A DNA stretch of 64,000 bases from Phycisphaerae bacterium (lineage in GTDB: Bacteria > Planctomycetota > Phycisphaerae > UBA1845 > Fen-1342), in contig JASFQK010000002.1 of NCBI GenBank assembly GCA_050115495.1, positions 96,001 through 160,000 on the forward strand, read 5' to 3'. The notes beneath the pieces were generated by a model, which worked only from the letters and a program-made list of their open reading frames with translations, was not told where the DNA came from and did not search any database. This document shows, in pieces, positions 20,351 to 30,007 of the stretch (its first letter is position 1; each line of letters opens with the position of its first letter). Both the position numbers and the translations under genes were made by a program.

Positions 20351-20630
20351 GCTTCTCTCCCGGCCGCCCACCCAAACCATGTAGCAGGCCCCGATACCGC
20401 TCCCGGGCCACGAACTGAAGTGTGTGAAACAGGGTAAGCTGGGGCAAATAGAAAGATAACTAGATGACAGCTGTCGTTAATAGGGGCAGTATTAGAGGTG
20501 TGGACGGCCTCGCAGGGCCGGTCAGAGCAGACGAGTGCTATCGGTTCAGTTGGCGGGGTTCAGCAATAAGGAATTGCCGGTCGGCGGTTGGGTGAGTGAG
20601 GCGGACGGGAAATGGGGACAGATAACAAGA

Positions 20631-20657
20631 ACGAGGCCACCGCGTGGGTGGCCTCGT
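20631..20657 (-). terminator. Intrinsic terminator after the RRM gene
   Basis: ACGAGGCCACC/GGTGGCCTCGT inverted repeat, followed on the minus strand by TCTTGTT. Confidence 0.65.
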
Positions 20658-20695
20658 GAACAACTGTCTCGGACGTTGTGTGTCGGTAGGGGGGT

Positions 20696-21013
20696 CTAGT
20701 ACCCGCCGCGGCTCCCGCCGCGACCACCGTACCCACCGCGACCGCCGCCACCGCCGCCGCGAGATTCGCGGGGTTTGGCGACGTTGACGGTCAGTGCCCG
20801 GCCCATGTGCTGCTGGCCGTTCAAGGCACTGATGGCTGCCTGCGCCTCTTCTTCGCTCGCCATTTCGACGAAACCAAAGCCCTTGCTCTGCCCGGTCGCC
20901 CGATCCGTGATGACTTCCGCGCTCTCAACAGTTCCATGCTGGCCCAGCAGTTGTTCGAGGTCTGAGCTGCTGACCGAGTAGCTCAGATTCCCCACGTACA
21001 GCTTTTTGCCCAC
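20696..21013 (-). CDS. RRM (RNP-1) RNA-binding protein with Gly/Arg-rich tail
   Basis: LYVGNL (RNP2), KGFGFVEM (RNP1), RGG tail. Confidence 0.95.
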   Translation of the reverse strand: MGKKLYVGNLSYSVSSSDLEQLLGQHGTVESAEVITDRATGQSKGFGFVEMASEEEAQAAISALNGQQHMGRALTVNVAKPRESRGGGGGGRGGYGGRGGSRGGY

Positions 21014-21183
21014 CGCAAGCTCTCCTATGGCTGGCGAGCACGACCCGTTCTTTCTCTTTCAGGGTCGTAAGTGAAAGTGGCCTACGTTCCGGCCCGGAAG
21101 GTGCGAGGCGTCCAGGAAGTGCGTTGCGGACATGACTGTCAAGCGCCACGGCGCGACCTGTTCGACGAACCAACCAATGACAC

Positions 21184-21211
21184 AGTATATCCCCCCGCCC
21201 ACCAATGGCAA
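21184..21211 (-). promoter_or_regulatory. sigma70-type promoter of the RRM gene
   Basis: TTGCCA-N16-TATACT. Confidence 0.6.
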
Positions 21212-21288
21212 CGGGTTTTCGGGCCCCCGATGGGGGTACGGGCCGCCGGTGCCAGGCGGCGGCCCGGACCGTATACCGCCGGGTGTGC

Positions 21289-21624
21289 CTAGCTGGCGGC
21301 GCGTTGCGTGACCGGGGCATGGCCATCCGCCTTCAACTCACGCAGGATGGCGTCGACCACATAGTCGAGCTTGGCCTCGGTAACGTACGTGTCTGCGGCG
21401 ATCTGCTGCCGCACCTGCTGCACGCGCAGCTCATCGGGCGGCGTCGGCTGTGCCAGCCACGTGGCGAGCACCTCCCGGAAGGCCGCGTCCGTCCCGGACG
21501 GTGGCGTTTCGGCCGCCTTGCCGGGCGCGGCCGATGCCGCGTGCCGCTGTGTGGCCGCAAGTGCGTCAGTACAAACCCGACTGCTGTTTCCCGTCCAGCC
21601 TGTTGTCGCGTGTACCGTGTTCAT
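21289..21624 (-). CDS. FlgM-like (anti-sigma28 C-terminal motif) small protein
   Basis: LRVQQVRQQIAADTYVTEAKLDYVVDAIL resembles the FlgM C-terminus; low-complexity N-terminus. Confidence 0.55.
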   Translation of the reverse strand: MNTVHATTGWTGNSSRVCTDALAATQRHAASAAPGKAAETPPSGTDAAFREVLATWLAQPTPPDELRVQQVRQQIAADTYVTEAKLDYVVDAILRELKADGHAPVTQRAAS

Positions 21625-21967
21625 GATTCTCTTCCAATTCACGCCTCGCTCACGAGCACCTCCAGTGCTCACCCGCTTGACCTATCGACGTGCGGGACGC
21701 GACCGCTTCTGCATTGCCGACGTCGCCTAAATCCTTTGTATGTTACGCACTCCCCCCGGTTTAACAGTTTCGAGACTCTGAGACGCGCGTCGCGTTAAAC
21801 TGGGAGGAATTTGTCCCGTTTCGAAGTTGAAAGAACTTCTCCGCCGCGCAAAAAAGCTGGAAGATTCAGGCGCAATCTCTGCGCAGTGGATCTTGAAAGG
21901 GGCGATAACTCCGCGGAATTTCCGACTCCAATTGCCGTCCGCGTCAGCCTTTGCGGGCCGGTTCAGA

Positions 21968-23476
21968 TTATGGGTAGACCTTGCCCAGCATGCGGGCGTA
22001 TGGAATCGTCTCGCGAATGTGCTTCAGTCCGCATATCCACGCCACCGTCCGTTCCACACCCAGGCCGAAGCCACCGTGCGGGACGGTCCCATACCGGCGG
22101 AGGTCGAGATACCACTCGTAGTCGGCCGGGTTGAGATGTTGTCGGTGGATGGACTCCAGCAGTACGTCGGGATCGTCCTCGCGCTGTGAGCCACCGATGA
22201 TTTCGCCGTAGCCTTCCGGGGCGAGCAGGTCCAGGTTGTTTACCACGCGGTGGTCCTGCTCGTTGCGTTTCATGTAGAACGCCCGGCAGTCGCGGGGGTA
22301 GTGCGTGACGAAAACGGGGCGGTCGTGGAGGCGGGCGATGATGGTTTCGTCTGAGCCGCCCAGGTCCGTGCCCCATTCGAAGTTGGCGGCGAGCTGCATG
22401 TGCGTCGGGATGTTGCGCACGTCGTCTTCGCGGTCGGCCAATTCCTCGCGCAGTTCGGCGACCTCCTGGGCGAGCTTCTCCGCCTGCCATTTTTTCGCCC
22501 CGGGAGCGGTGCGCTCGGCCTCCTTGTCCTGGATGAGCTGCCGCAGCTCGGCCACGCGGGCGGTGGCGGCGGCGAGCTGCTCTTCGAGCATTTGCCGCAC
22601 GCGGTCGCTGTGCAGGATGTCGGCGGCCTCGGTGTACGTCAGGCGGTAGAACGGCTTCTGGACCCGCTCCAGTGCCGCCAGGTCGCGGCCGAGCAGCTCC
22701 AGCTCTGCCCGCCGCTCGCGCAGGACAGTCTGCACAATCTCGTAGACAAAGTCCTCGGCGACGGCGAGCACGTCGTCCAGGTCGGCGTAGGCGATCTCGG
22801 GCTCGACCATCCAGAACTCGGTGAGGTGTCGCCGGGTCTTGCTCTTCTCCGCCCGGAAGGTCGGCCCGAAGCAGTAGACCTTGCGGTGGGCCATGCAGGC
22901 CGCTTCGAGGTAGAGCTGGCCGGTCTGGGCCAGGAAGACGTCGTCGCCGAAATAGTCGACCTTGAAGAGCGTCTGCGTCTCTTCGCCGGCGGCGGGGGCG
23001 AAGATGGGCGTGTCGATCAGGATGAAGCCGCGATCGTTGAAGAAGCGGCGGATGGCGTCGACGACGGTGGCCCGCACGCGCAGGATGGCCCATTGCCTTT
23101 GCGACCGGAACCACAGGTGCCGGTGGCGCATCAGGAAGTCGATGCCGTGCTCTTTGGGCGTGATGGGGTAGCCCTCGGCGGCCTGGACGGGGCGGACGTT
23201 GCTGACGGCCAGCTCGTGGCCGCCGACGCTGCGCTCCTCCCGGCGGACGGTGCCGTCGACTTCGAGCGAGGACTCCTGCCCGAGGCGCTTGGCGGCGGCG
23301 AAGACCTCCTCGTTGTCGGGGGTCTTCTCCAGCACGCACTGGCACAGGCCCGTGCCGTCCCGCAGGACGAGGAAGAGGAGCTTGCCACTGGAGCGGCTGT
23401 TGTACAGCCAGCCCCGAAGTGTTACCGTTTGGCCGACATGGTCGGGCAGTTCTGCAATGGTTGTGTCGATCGCCAT
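21968..23476 (-). CDS. asnS: Asparagine--tRNA ligase with a coiled-coil insertion
   Basis: LAQTGQLY, FRAEKSKTRRHLTEFWMVEPE, EIIGGSQRE, LRRYGTVPHGGFGLGVER. Confidence 0.96.
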   Translation of the reverse strand: MAIDTTIAELPDHVGQTVTLRGWLYNSRSSGKLLFLVLRDGTGLCQCVLEKTPDNEEVFAAAKRLGQESSLEVDGTVRREERSVGGHELAVSNVRPVQAAEGYPITPKEHGIDFLMRHRHLWFRSQRQWAILRVRATVVDAIRRFFNDRGFILIDTPIFAPAAGEETQTLFKVDYFGDDVFLAQTGQLYLEAACMAHRKVYCFGPTFRAEKSKTRRHLTEFWMVEPEIAYADLDDVLAVAEDFVYEIVQTVLRERRAELELLGRDLAALERVQKPFYRLTYTEAADILHSDRVRQMLEEQLAAATARVAELRQLIQDKEAERTAPGAKKWQAEKLAQEVAELREELADREDDVRNIPTHMQLAANFEWGTDLGGSDETIIARLHDRPVFVTHYPRDCRAFYMKRNEQDHRVVNNLDLLAPEGYGEIIGGSQREDDPDVLLESIHRQHLNPADYEWYLDLRRYGTVPHGGFGLGVERTVAWICGLKHIRETIPYARMLGKVYP

Positions 23477-23527
23477 GGACCGCGTTCCTTTCTGCTGCGT
23501 GGTCAACGAGCGGACAGTGTACGCGCC

Positions 23528-24409
23528 CTGGCGCAGACCCTGCAACGTGTCGCCGGCTGGTCGTTGCTATTGCTGCTGGCCGGGGGCTGCACGCTGGGGA
23601 ACGTGCCGCCGACGGTTCACGTTCGGATAACCGGGGCCCAGATTGCCACCGAGCTCGTCCAGTCCTGGCTCGAAGACGCGAAGTCCTACCGCTTCGACGT
23701 GACCCGCTCGGAGAACCCGGTCTGGTCGGACGTGGGGTTCCGGGCCCTGGCCCGCGGCGATTGCGACGTGGCCTGCACCGACCGTCCCATCGAGCGGGCG
23801 GAGTTGGAGCGTTTCGGCGACCGCGAGGTGCACGGCTACCGCGTCGCCTTCTACGGCTACGCCCTATACGTCCACCCGAGCAATCCCCTGGACAGCATCT
23901 TCGCCAGGCACATCAGCCTGCTCTTCCAGCGGAAGATCGTGGACTGGCATGAATTGGGCGGGACGCAGCTTCCCGACCTGACCGGCCCGATCATCCTGTA
24001 CGGCCCGCGCAAATGCACCCGCGGCGGCTTGGTCCTGATGCGGCAGGCGGGCATCTGGTTCGCCGAGCCGACGTGGCACGCTCTGGACAGCGACACCGAG
24101 ATTGTGGGTCGCGTGGCCGCCGACCCGCAGGCCGTCGGTTTTGCCAGCATCGGCCTGGACGAGGGCGTTCGTTACCTGGGCATCCGCATGCAACGAACGG
24201 GGACGCCGGCCTTCCCGTCGCTGGAAGAGATCGAGTCGGGGCGCTACGGCCTGGCCAAGGTCATCTACGTGTACTGCGTGGCCCCGCCGAACGAGCCTGC
24301 CGGCGCCGTGATCGAGTATCTCTTCAGCGAGCGCGGTCGCCAGGCGATCGAGCGTACGGACGTCTGGCCGATCGCGTGGGACCGGGCCGCGGTCAACACG
24401 CCACAATGA
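23528..24409 (+). CDS. PstS-like (PBP2) substrate-binding lipoprotein; start uncertain
   Basis: LLLLAGGC lipobox; YVHPSNPL, IVDWHELGG, AVGFAS, IESGRYGLAKVIYVY; only CTG/TTG candidate starts. Confidence 0.75.
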   Translation: MAQTLQRVAGWSLLLLLAGGCTLGNVPPTVHVRITGAQIATELVQSWLEDAKSYRFDVTRSENPVWSDVGFRALARGDCDVACTDRPIERAELERFGDREVHGYRVAFYGYALYVHPSNPLDSIFARHISLLFQRKIVDWHELGGTQLPDLTGPIILYGPRKCTRGGLVLMRQAGIWFAEPTWHALDSDTEIVGRVAADPQAVGFASIGLDEGVRYLGIRMQRTGTPAFPSLEEIESGRYGLAKVIYVYCVAPPNEPAGAVIEYLFSERGRQAIERTDVWPIAWDRAAVNTPQ

Positions 24410-25602
24410 CCCCGCTTCGCATCCGCAGTGTCAAGATTCACCAACTGGCCATCCCGTTGCGCCTGCGCTTCGAGCACGCCGCGGCCACGCGTGATACGGC
24501 GGATCCGATCATCGTGCAGCTCGGGGCCGGCTCGCCCTATGCCCACGTGGCCGGTTTCGGCGAGACGCTGGCCCGTACGTACGTGACCGGCGAGTCGGTC
24601 GCCTCCGTGGTCGAGGACATCACCCACGTATTCGCCCCGCGGCTGGCGGCGTTCACCGCGACGAGTTTCCCCGAGGCGCTGGAGTTCATTGAGGCGCTGC
24701 CGGTGCAGCTCGGCGGCCGGATCGTCACCGCCGCCCGGACCGCCGTCGAGCTGGCCCTGCTCGACCTGGCGGGTCGCGTCTATCGACGCCGGCTGGCGGA
24801 CATCGTTGGCTGGATGGGCCTGCCCGGTTTCGGCCCGCCCGGCTGCCTGCCCACGGCCCGGTATTCGGGGGTCGTTGTGGGTCACACGCGGGCGAAGGTC
24901 GCCGGCCTGCTTCGCCTGCAACGGCTGTACGGGCTTCGTGATTTCAAGCTCAAGGTCGCGGTCGAGGGGTGGGAGGAGCGTCTTGGCTGGGCGCGGGCGG
25001 TTCTCCGGCGGGGGCTGGAGCACCGCCGACTGTCGCTGCGCGTCGATGCCAACGCGGGCTGGTCGGCGGCGGACGCCAGCGAGGCGCTGCCGATTCTCGA
25101 ACAGGGCGGCGTCTGCGCCGTGGAGCAGCCGCTCTCCGATGCCGACGACGAGCACCTGCCCTGGCTGGCCGAGCAGACCCGCTGCGCCCTGATCGTCGAC
25201 GAATCCCTGCTGACCATTCGCGACGCCGAGCGGCTCATCCACGCCGGCGGGGTCGACGTGCTGAACATCCGCATCGCCAAGAACGGCGGGTTGATGCCGG
25301 CGTTGCGCATCGCTCGATTGGCCCTGACCTCCGGGCTGGAAGTGCAGCTCGGCTGCCTGGTCGGCGAGACGAGCGTGCTTACCGCCGCCGGCATCGGCTT
25401 CCTCGAAGCCTGCCCGAAGGTGCGCTTCGTCGAGGGGGCGTTCGGCCGGCTGCTGCTCCGGCGGGACATCGTCCGTAGGCCGTTGCGGTTCGGGTATCGC
25501 GGGCGGGTTCGTCCGCTACGGGCCCCGGGGCTGGGTGTCGAGGTCGATCCGCAGGCCCTGGAGGAACTGGCGGCCGAGCGGCCCCGGGTCCTGTCCCTCT
25601 GA
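24406..25602 (+). CDS. Enolase superfamily enzyme (MLE subgroup, dipeptide epimerase-like)
   Basis: KLK, DAN, EQP, DES motifs; ATGA overlap with the upstream gene. Confidence 0.85.
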   Translation: MTPLRIRSVKIHQLAIPLRLRFEHAAATRDTADPIIVQLGAGSPYAHVAGFGETLARTYVTGESVASVVEDITHVFAPRLAAFTATSFPEALEFIEALPVQLGGRIVTAARTAVELALLDLAGRVYRRRLADIVGWMGLPGFGPPGCLPTARYSGVVVGHTRAKVAGLLRLQRLYGLRDFKLKVAVEGWEERLGWARAVLRRGLEHRRLSLRVDANAGWSAADASEALPILEQGGVCAVEQPLSDADDEHLPWLAEQTRCALIVDESLLTIRDAERLIHAGGVDVLNIRIAKNGGLMPALRIARLALTSGLEVQLGCLVGETSVLTAAGIGFLEACPKVRFVEGAFGRLLLRRDIVRRPLRFGYRGRVRPLRAPGLGVEVDPQALEELAAERPRVLSL

Positions 25603-25656
25603 TCGCAGGTCCGATATGCCGCAGCCCTTGTCTTGGCACTGGCTTGGCCCGCCGAT

Positions 25657-26166
25657 ATGATGGGCGGGATGCGTCGGGTTCTTGCCGACAAGCTGATCAG
25701 TATTGGTGGCGGGGTAGCGCTGCTGCTTCTTCTGGCCGTCCAGGAGAAGGTCTGCCCGCAGTTGCTCGAACCGCCCGCCGCGCCGGCGAAGTCGCGTGCG
25801 GCGACGCCGGCGACCCCCGCGCAACCGCAGACTCCCGAACAAGACGGATCCACCGAGCCCGAGCCGATTCCGCTGACGCTGACCAGCGTGCTGCCGGATG
25901 CGGTGCCGGCTCGCTGGTCCGGTCTGCCCAGCCGGGCTTCGGTGCGCGACACGGCCGGCTGGTGCAGTGGTGTCTCCGCCCGCCAGCCCCTGCTGCCGCC
26001 CGCCAGCGCGGCGGGGCCGTTTGTGGATCTCGACGCCACGCCGTTCTGGCGCTTGGCGCAGTGGTTACCTACCCCGGAAGGGACGCTGCCGCGCGGCGAT
26101 GCGCCGCCCGTGCGTGATCCCGCCCTCCACACCGTGCTTACGAGAACCGGACCGCCGCAGGCCTGA
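25657..26166 (+). CDS. TM-anchored Pro-rich leader ORF upstream of secDF; candidate translation-arrest peptide
   Basis: N-terminal TM (LISIGGGVALLLLLAV), Pro/Ala-rich linker, C-terminal TRTGPPQA*; ends 121 nt before secDF. Confidence 0.65.
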   Translation: MMGGMRRVLADKLISIGGGVALLLLLAVQEKVCPQLLEPPAAPAKSRAATPATPAQPQTPEQDGSTEPEPIPLTLTSVLPDAVPARWSGLPSRASVRDTAGWCSGVSARQPLLPPASAAGPFVDLDATPFWRLAQWLPTPEGTLPRGDAPPVRDPALHTVLTRTGPPQA

Positions 26167-26287
26167 GCCGTGCGGTGTTCCCCGGCCATCTCCCGGCCGG
26201 CCGTGGCTCGCGCTGTTGCCGCAGCCGTAGCCTGAATGCTCGTAAGCAAGGTCCAAGCGACGTTGTACGTCCGTTGAGGAACCCTCT

Positions 26288-29200
26288 ATGTGGGAAAAGA
26301 ACCTGAATCAGAAGTTGCTGTTGATCGGCGTCGTGATCCTGTTCGGCGCCCTGCTCATCTACCCGCCCAGCGAGAAGCTGCGGCCCGGCCTGGACATCGC
26401 CGGCGGCGTGGCGTTGATCTTCGAAATCGACGACACCGGCTTGGAGGGCGACCCGACGCTGGCCGAGCAAATGAAGCAGTTGCTCCAGAAGCGCGTCGAC
26501 CCGAAAGGCGTGTTTGACATTGCCTGGCGCGTGCACGGGCGCAACCGCCTCGAAGTGCAGATCCCGCTGCCGCCGCCCGGCGTGACCGAGAAGCGGGAAG
26601 CCTATGCGGACAGCCTTGACAAGCTCTTCTCCGGGAACGTCACGCGCGGCGAAATGGAGACGGCTTTCGCCATGACCGGCGACGCACGCGCCGCCGAGAT
26701 CGCCCGCCTGGCCCACGGCCAGCCGCATCGCGAGCAACTGCTGACGAAGGCCGCGGAGGCTTTCGACGAGTATCAGACGGCCCTGGCCGCATATCGGCGT
26801 GGGCCGGAAGCGCCTGCCGAGAGCCAGCCGACCGAGCCCGCGGCCTCGCAGCCGACCGAGTCCGCCCCGGCCTCGCAGCCGACGAGTGCCCCGGCCAAGA
26901 CGCGCATTGATCTCGAGGACGACCTGAACGCGGCCGAGGACGACATGGACGAGGCCTACGCCGCGTTCCTGGCGACCAACCTCAACCGCGCTCGCTTCCT
27001 CGAGGTCCTGAGCATGGATCAGGGCTCGGAGATCCGTAAGAACCACCTCGCCGAGTTCTCCAAAGAGCACCCCGAGCTGCAGAAGGAGATCGAAGCGGTC
27101 GTCGTGGCACACGCCGCCTGGCGCAAGAACAGCGGTTACCTTGACGGCGCGGCCGATCTGCAGCGTTTGCTGCGTGGTGCCGGCGTGCTCGAATTCCGCA
27201 TCCTGCCCACGCACGAGCGGGAGAACCCGACCAAGTACGACGTGCAGCGCCGTCAGCTCCGGGAGCACGGCCCCCTGCCACGGGAGGGAACACTCGGTTG
27301 GTTCAAGGTGGACAACCCGCTGTCCTTCTTCGACCTGAAGACGCCGGCCGACCTGGCCGAATTCAGTCAGGCCTCCACCCGCTACGTCGTCGAGAAGCAC
27401 GGCGAGGATTACTACGTTCTGGCCAAGCTTTCCCCGGAGGACGGCCTGCTGGCCGAGAAGAAGAACTGGCAGTTGCGCTCGGTGTCGATCTCCCGTGACC
27501 AGCACGGCAGACCGTGCGTCAACTTCGCCCTGGACGTGGTTGGCGGCGGGCTGTTCGAGGAGCTCACCCGCAAGAACATCGGCAACCCGCTGTGCATTCT
27601 CGTCGACGACGTGGCCTATTCCGCCCCCAACATCCAGAGCAAGATTCGTTCGAACGGCCAGATCACCGGCGACTTCAGCCGCGAGAAGGTGACCTATCTC
27701 GCCCAGACCATGCGGGCTGGCTCGCTGCCCGCCCGTCTGCGCGAGACGCCCATCTCCGAGCGTACCATCGGCTCCAGCCTCGGTGCCACCAACCGCGACC
27801 TGGCCTTCCGCGCCGGCCTGATCGGCGTGATCGTCGTCGCCAGCTTCATGGCCATGTACTACCTCGTCTGCGGCCTGGTGGCCGACGCGGCCCTGGTGCT
27901 GAACATCGTGCTGGTCCTGGCCATCATGTCCCTCCTGCAGGCCCGCTTCACGCTGGCCGGCATCGCCGGTGTGATCCTGACCATCGGTATGAGCGTCGAC
28001 GCCAACGTGCTCATCTTCGAGCGCATGCGTGAGGAGAAGGAGCGCGGCTCATCGCTGCGACTGATGTTGAAGAACGGCTACGAGAAAGCCTTCTCGACCA
28101 TCGTCGACGCCAACATCACCACCCTGCTCACCTGCGTGATTCTCTATTACGTCGGCAGCGAAGAGATCAAGGGCTTCGGCCTGACGCTGGGCTGGGGCAT
28201 TGTGATCAGCTTGTTCACCGCCCTCTTCGTCACCCGCACGCTGTTCATGTTGCTGATCAAGTATGGGCTGCTCAAGGACATCAAGATGCTCCGCTTCATC
28301 GGCGTGCCCAAGGTTGACTGGTACGCCAAGCGGAAGTTCTTCATCCCCCTGTCGATCAGCCTCGTTGCCTTCGGCCTGTTCCTGCTCTGGGAACGCGGCT
28401 CGGATCAGTTCCTGGACGTCGAGTTCCTCGGCGGTGTCAGCGCCGAAATCGAGGTCAAGCCGCCCCAGCAGGGCGAGGAAGCGCTCGACGACGTCGAGAT
28501 CGGCGAGCTCATGGTGGAGGCCGGTGGGAAGATCGCTGCCGACGCCGACAAGCTGAACCAGGCCGAGGTGAGCTCGGTCGTCGGCGATCCAGCCGCCTTC
28601 CGAGTGCACGTTCCGGGGCTGACCGCCGCCCGCCTCGAGGCCATCCTCACCGAGCCCCTCGAGGATCAGAACGCACTTCAGCGTGGCGGCATGCGGCCCC
28701 TGCCGGACGAGCAGGCCGTCATCGTGCATATGGCGGGCAACCAGGACAGCGACTGGCTCCGCGAGTTCGTGAAGGGCGAAGTGGCTGACGTGCGGAAGGC
28801 CGGCGAGGAAATCGCCAAGGCGACGGTCGGCTCGGTCATGGAGGCCGGGTTCGAGGAGAAGGCCGGGCGCTACTGGAGCGTCACTACCACCGAGAAGAAC
28901 CGCCGGTTGGTGCAGGAAGCCCTGGAGATGGCCCTGGGCAACCGCCTCGAGCGCCAGCAGCGCATCACCTACCGTTTCCGCGGCGATTCCCAGGAGCGGC
29001 CGCTGCCCATCCTCGGCCAGCGGCTCGACAACGTCTTCCCCAACGCTCAGTTCCCCGCCGGCGTGGCCGCGGAGCCGCTCATCGAGTACCGAGACGGTGC
29101 GGCCATGTTCTTCGACGACCTCGACCCGCCGCAGAGCGTCAATCCGGAGGTGTCCGGCTCGCTGCCCGACCGCCTGCGGAACATGCGCTTGCAGCCGGGT

Positions 29201-30007
29201 TACCAGGAGTACCCCTTCCGCAAGTTCAAGGTCATCGGCGTGCGGCCGACCGAGGAACGTGACGACAAGGGTGGCCCCCTGTATGCGAGCGTCGTCGTCG
29301 TCGTTGTGGACGAGAACTTCCGCTACAACGACGATACGGCCGCCTGGTACCAGCAATTCGCCGAGCCGGAGCTCGACCTGGCCAAGACCGCCCTGGACAC
29401 CGAGCAGTCCTTCCGGCGCGTTTCGCAGTTCAAGCCGCAGATTGCCCGCCGGGCGACGACCCAGGCCGGCATGGCCCTGCTGCTCTCCTGGGCGATGATC
29501 ATCGGCTACCTGTGGATCCGGTTCGGGCGGCCTATGTTCGGTATCGCCGGCGTGGTGGCCCTGATCCACGACGTCTGCATCGCCCTGGCCTTCGTGGGCA
29601 TCGCCGGCTGGCTTGGCGGCACGAAGCACCCGATCGGGGCAGCCCTGCTGATCGACGACTTCAAGATCAACATGACCATCGTGGCGGCGTTCCTGACGAT
29701 CATCGGTTACTCGATTAACGACACGATCGTCGTGTTTGACCGCATCCGCGAAACGCGCGGGCGGCTCGGACAGGTCACGCCGCAGATCATCAACGACAGT
29801 ATCAACCAGTGCATGTCGCGTACGTTGCTGACGTCGGCGACGACGCTGGCCATTCTGGTGGTCATGTACATCTTCGGCGGCGGCAGCATCCGCGGCTTCA
29901 ACTACTGCATGATCATCGGCGTGCTCACCGGCACGTACTCGTCGGTCGCCATCGCGGCCCCGCTGCTGATGGTCCAGATGCACCGTAAGAAGTTGTCGCC
30001 GATGTGA
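26288..30007 (+). CDS. secDF: Protein translocase SecDF fusion with large periplasmic insertions
   Basis: GLDIAGG, AGSLPA, IGMSVDANVLIFER, DANITTL, DVEFLGG, IGYSINDTIVVFDRIRE, GTYSS. Confidence 0.96.
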   Translation: MWEKNLNQKLLLIGVVILFGALLIYPPSEKLRPGLDIAGGVALIFEIDDTGLEGDPTLAEQMKQLLQKRVDPKGVFDIAWRVHGRNRLEVQIPLPPPGVTEKREAYADSLDKLFSGNVTRGEMETAFAMTGDARAAEIARLAHGQPHREQLLTKAAEAFDEYQTALAAYRRGPEAPAESQPTEPAASQPTESAPASQPTSAPAKTRIDLEDDLNAAEDDMDEAYAAFLATNLNRARFLEVLSMDQGSEIRKNHLAEFSKEHPELQKEIEAVVVAHAAWRKNSGYLDGAADLQRLLRGAGVLEFRILPTHERENPTKYDVQRRQLREHGPLPREGTLGWFKVDNPLSFFDLKTPADLAEFSQASTRYVVEKHGEDYYVLAKLSPEDGLLAEKKNWQLRSVSISRDQHGRPCVNFALDVVGGGLFEELTRKNIGNPLCILVDDVAYSAPNIQSKIRSNGQITGDFSREKVTYLAQTMRAGSLPARLRETPISERTIGSSLGATNRDLAFRAGLIGVIVVASFMAMYYLVCGLVADAALVLNIVLVLAIMSLLQARFTLAGIAGVILTIGMSVDANVLIFERMREEKERGSSLRLMLKNGYEKAFSTIVDANITTLLTCVILYYVGSEEIKGFGLTLGWGIVISLFTALFVTRTLFMLLIKYGLLKDIKMLRFIGVPKVDWYAKRKFFIPLSISLVAFGLFLLWERGSDQFLDVEFLGGVSAEIEVKPPQQGEEALDDVEIGELMVEAGGKIAADADKLNQAEVSSVVGDPAAFRVHVPGLTAARLEAILTEPLEDQNALQRGGMRPLPDEQAVIVHMAGNQDSDWLREFVKGEVADVRKAGEEIAKATVGSVMEAGFEEKAGRYWSVTTTEKNRRLVQEALEMALGNRLERQQRITYRFRGDSQERPLPILGQRLDNVFPNAQFPAGVAAEPLIEYRDGAAMFFDDLDPPQSVNPEVSGSLPDRLRNMRLQPGYQEYPFRKFKVIGVRPTEERDDKGGPLYASVVVVVVDENFRYNDDTAAWYQQFAEPELDLAKTALDTEQSFRRVSQFKPQIARRATTQAGMALLLSWAMIIGYLWIRFGRPMFGIAGVVALIHDVCIALAFVGIAGWLGGTKHPIGAALLIDDFKINMTIVAAFLTIIGYSINDTIVVFDRIRETRGRLGQVTPQIINDSINQCMSRTLLTSATTLAILVVMYIFGGGSIRGFNYCMIIGVLTGTYSSVAIAAPLLMVQMHRKKLSPM
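26813..26895 (+). repeat. Short imperfect coding repeats (S-Q-P-T x3) in the SecD insertion
   Basis: PAESQPTEPAASQPTESAPASQPTSAP; CAGCCGAC repeated three times. Confidence 0.7.

Noticed and set aside
21759..21800. GTTTAAC...GTTAAAC inverted repeat
   Set aside because: Only 7-bp arms with a long spacer in an AT-richer region; may be chance
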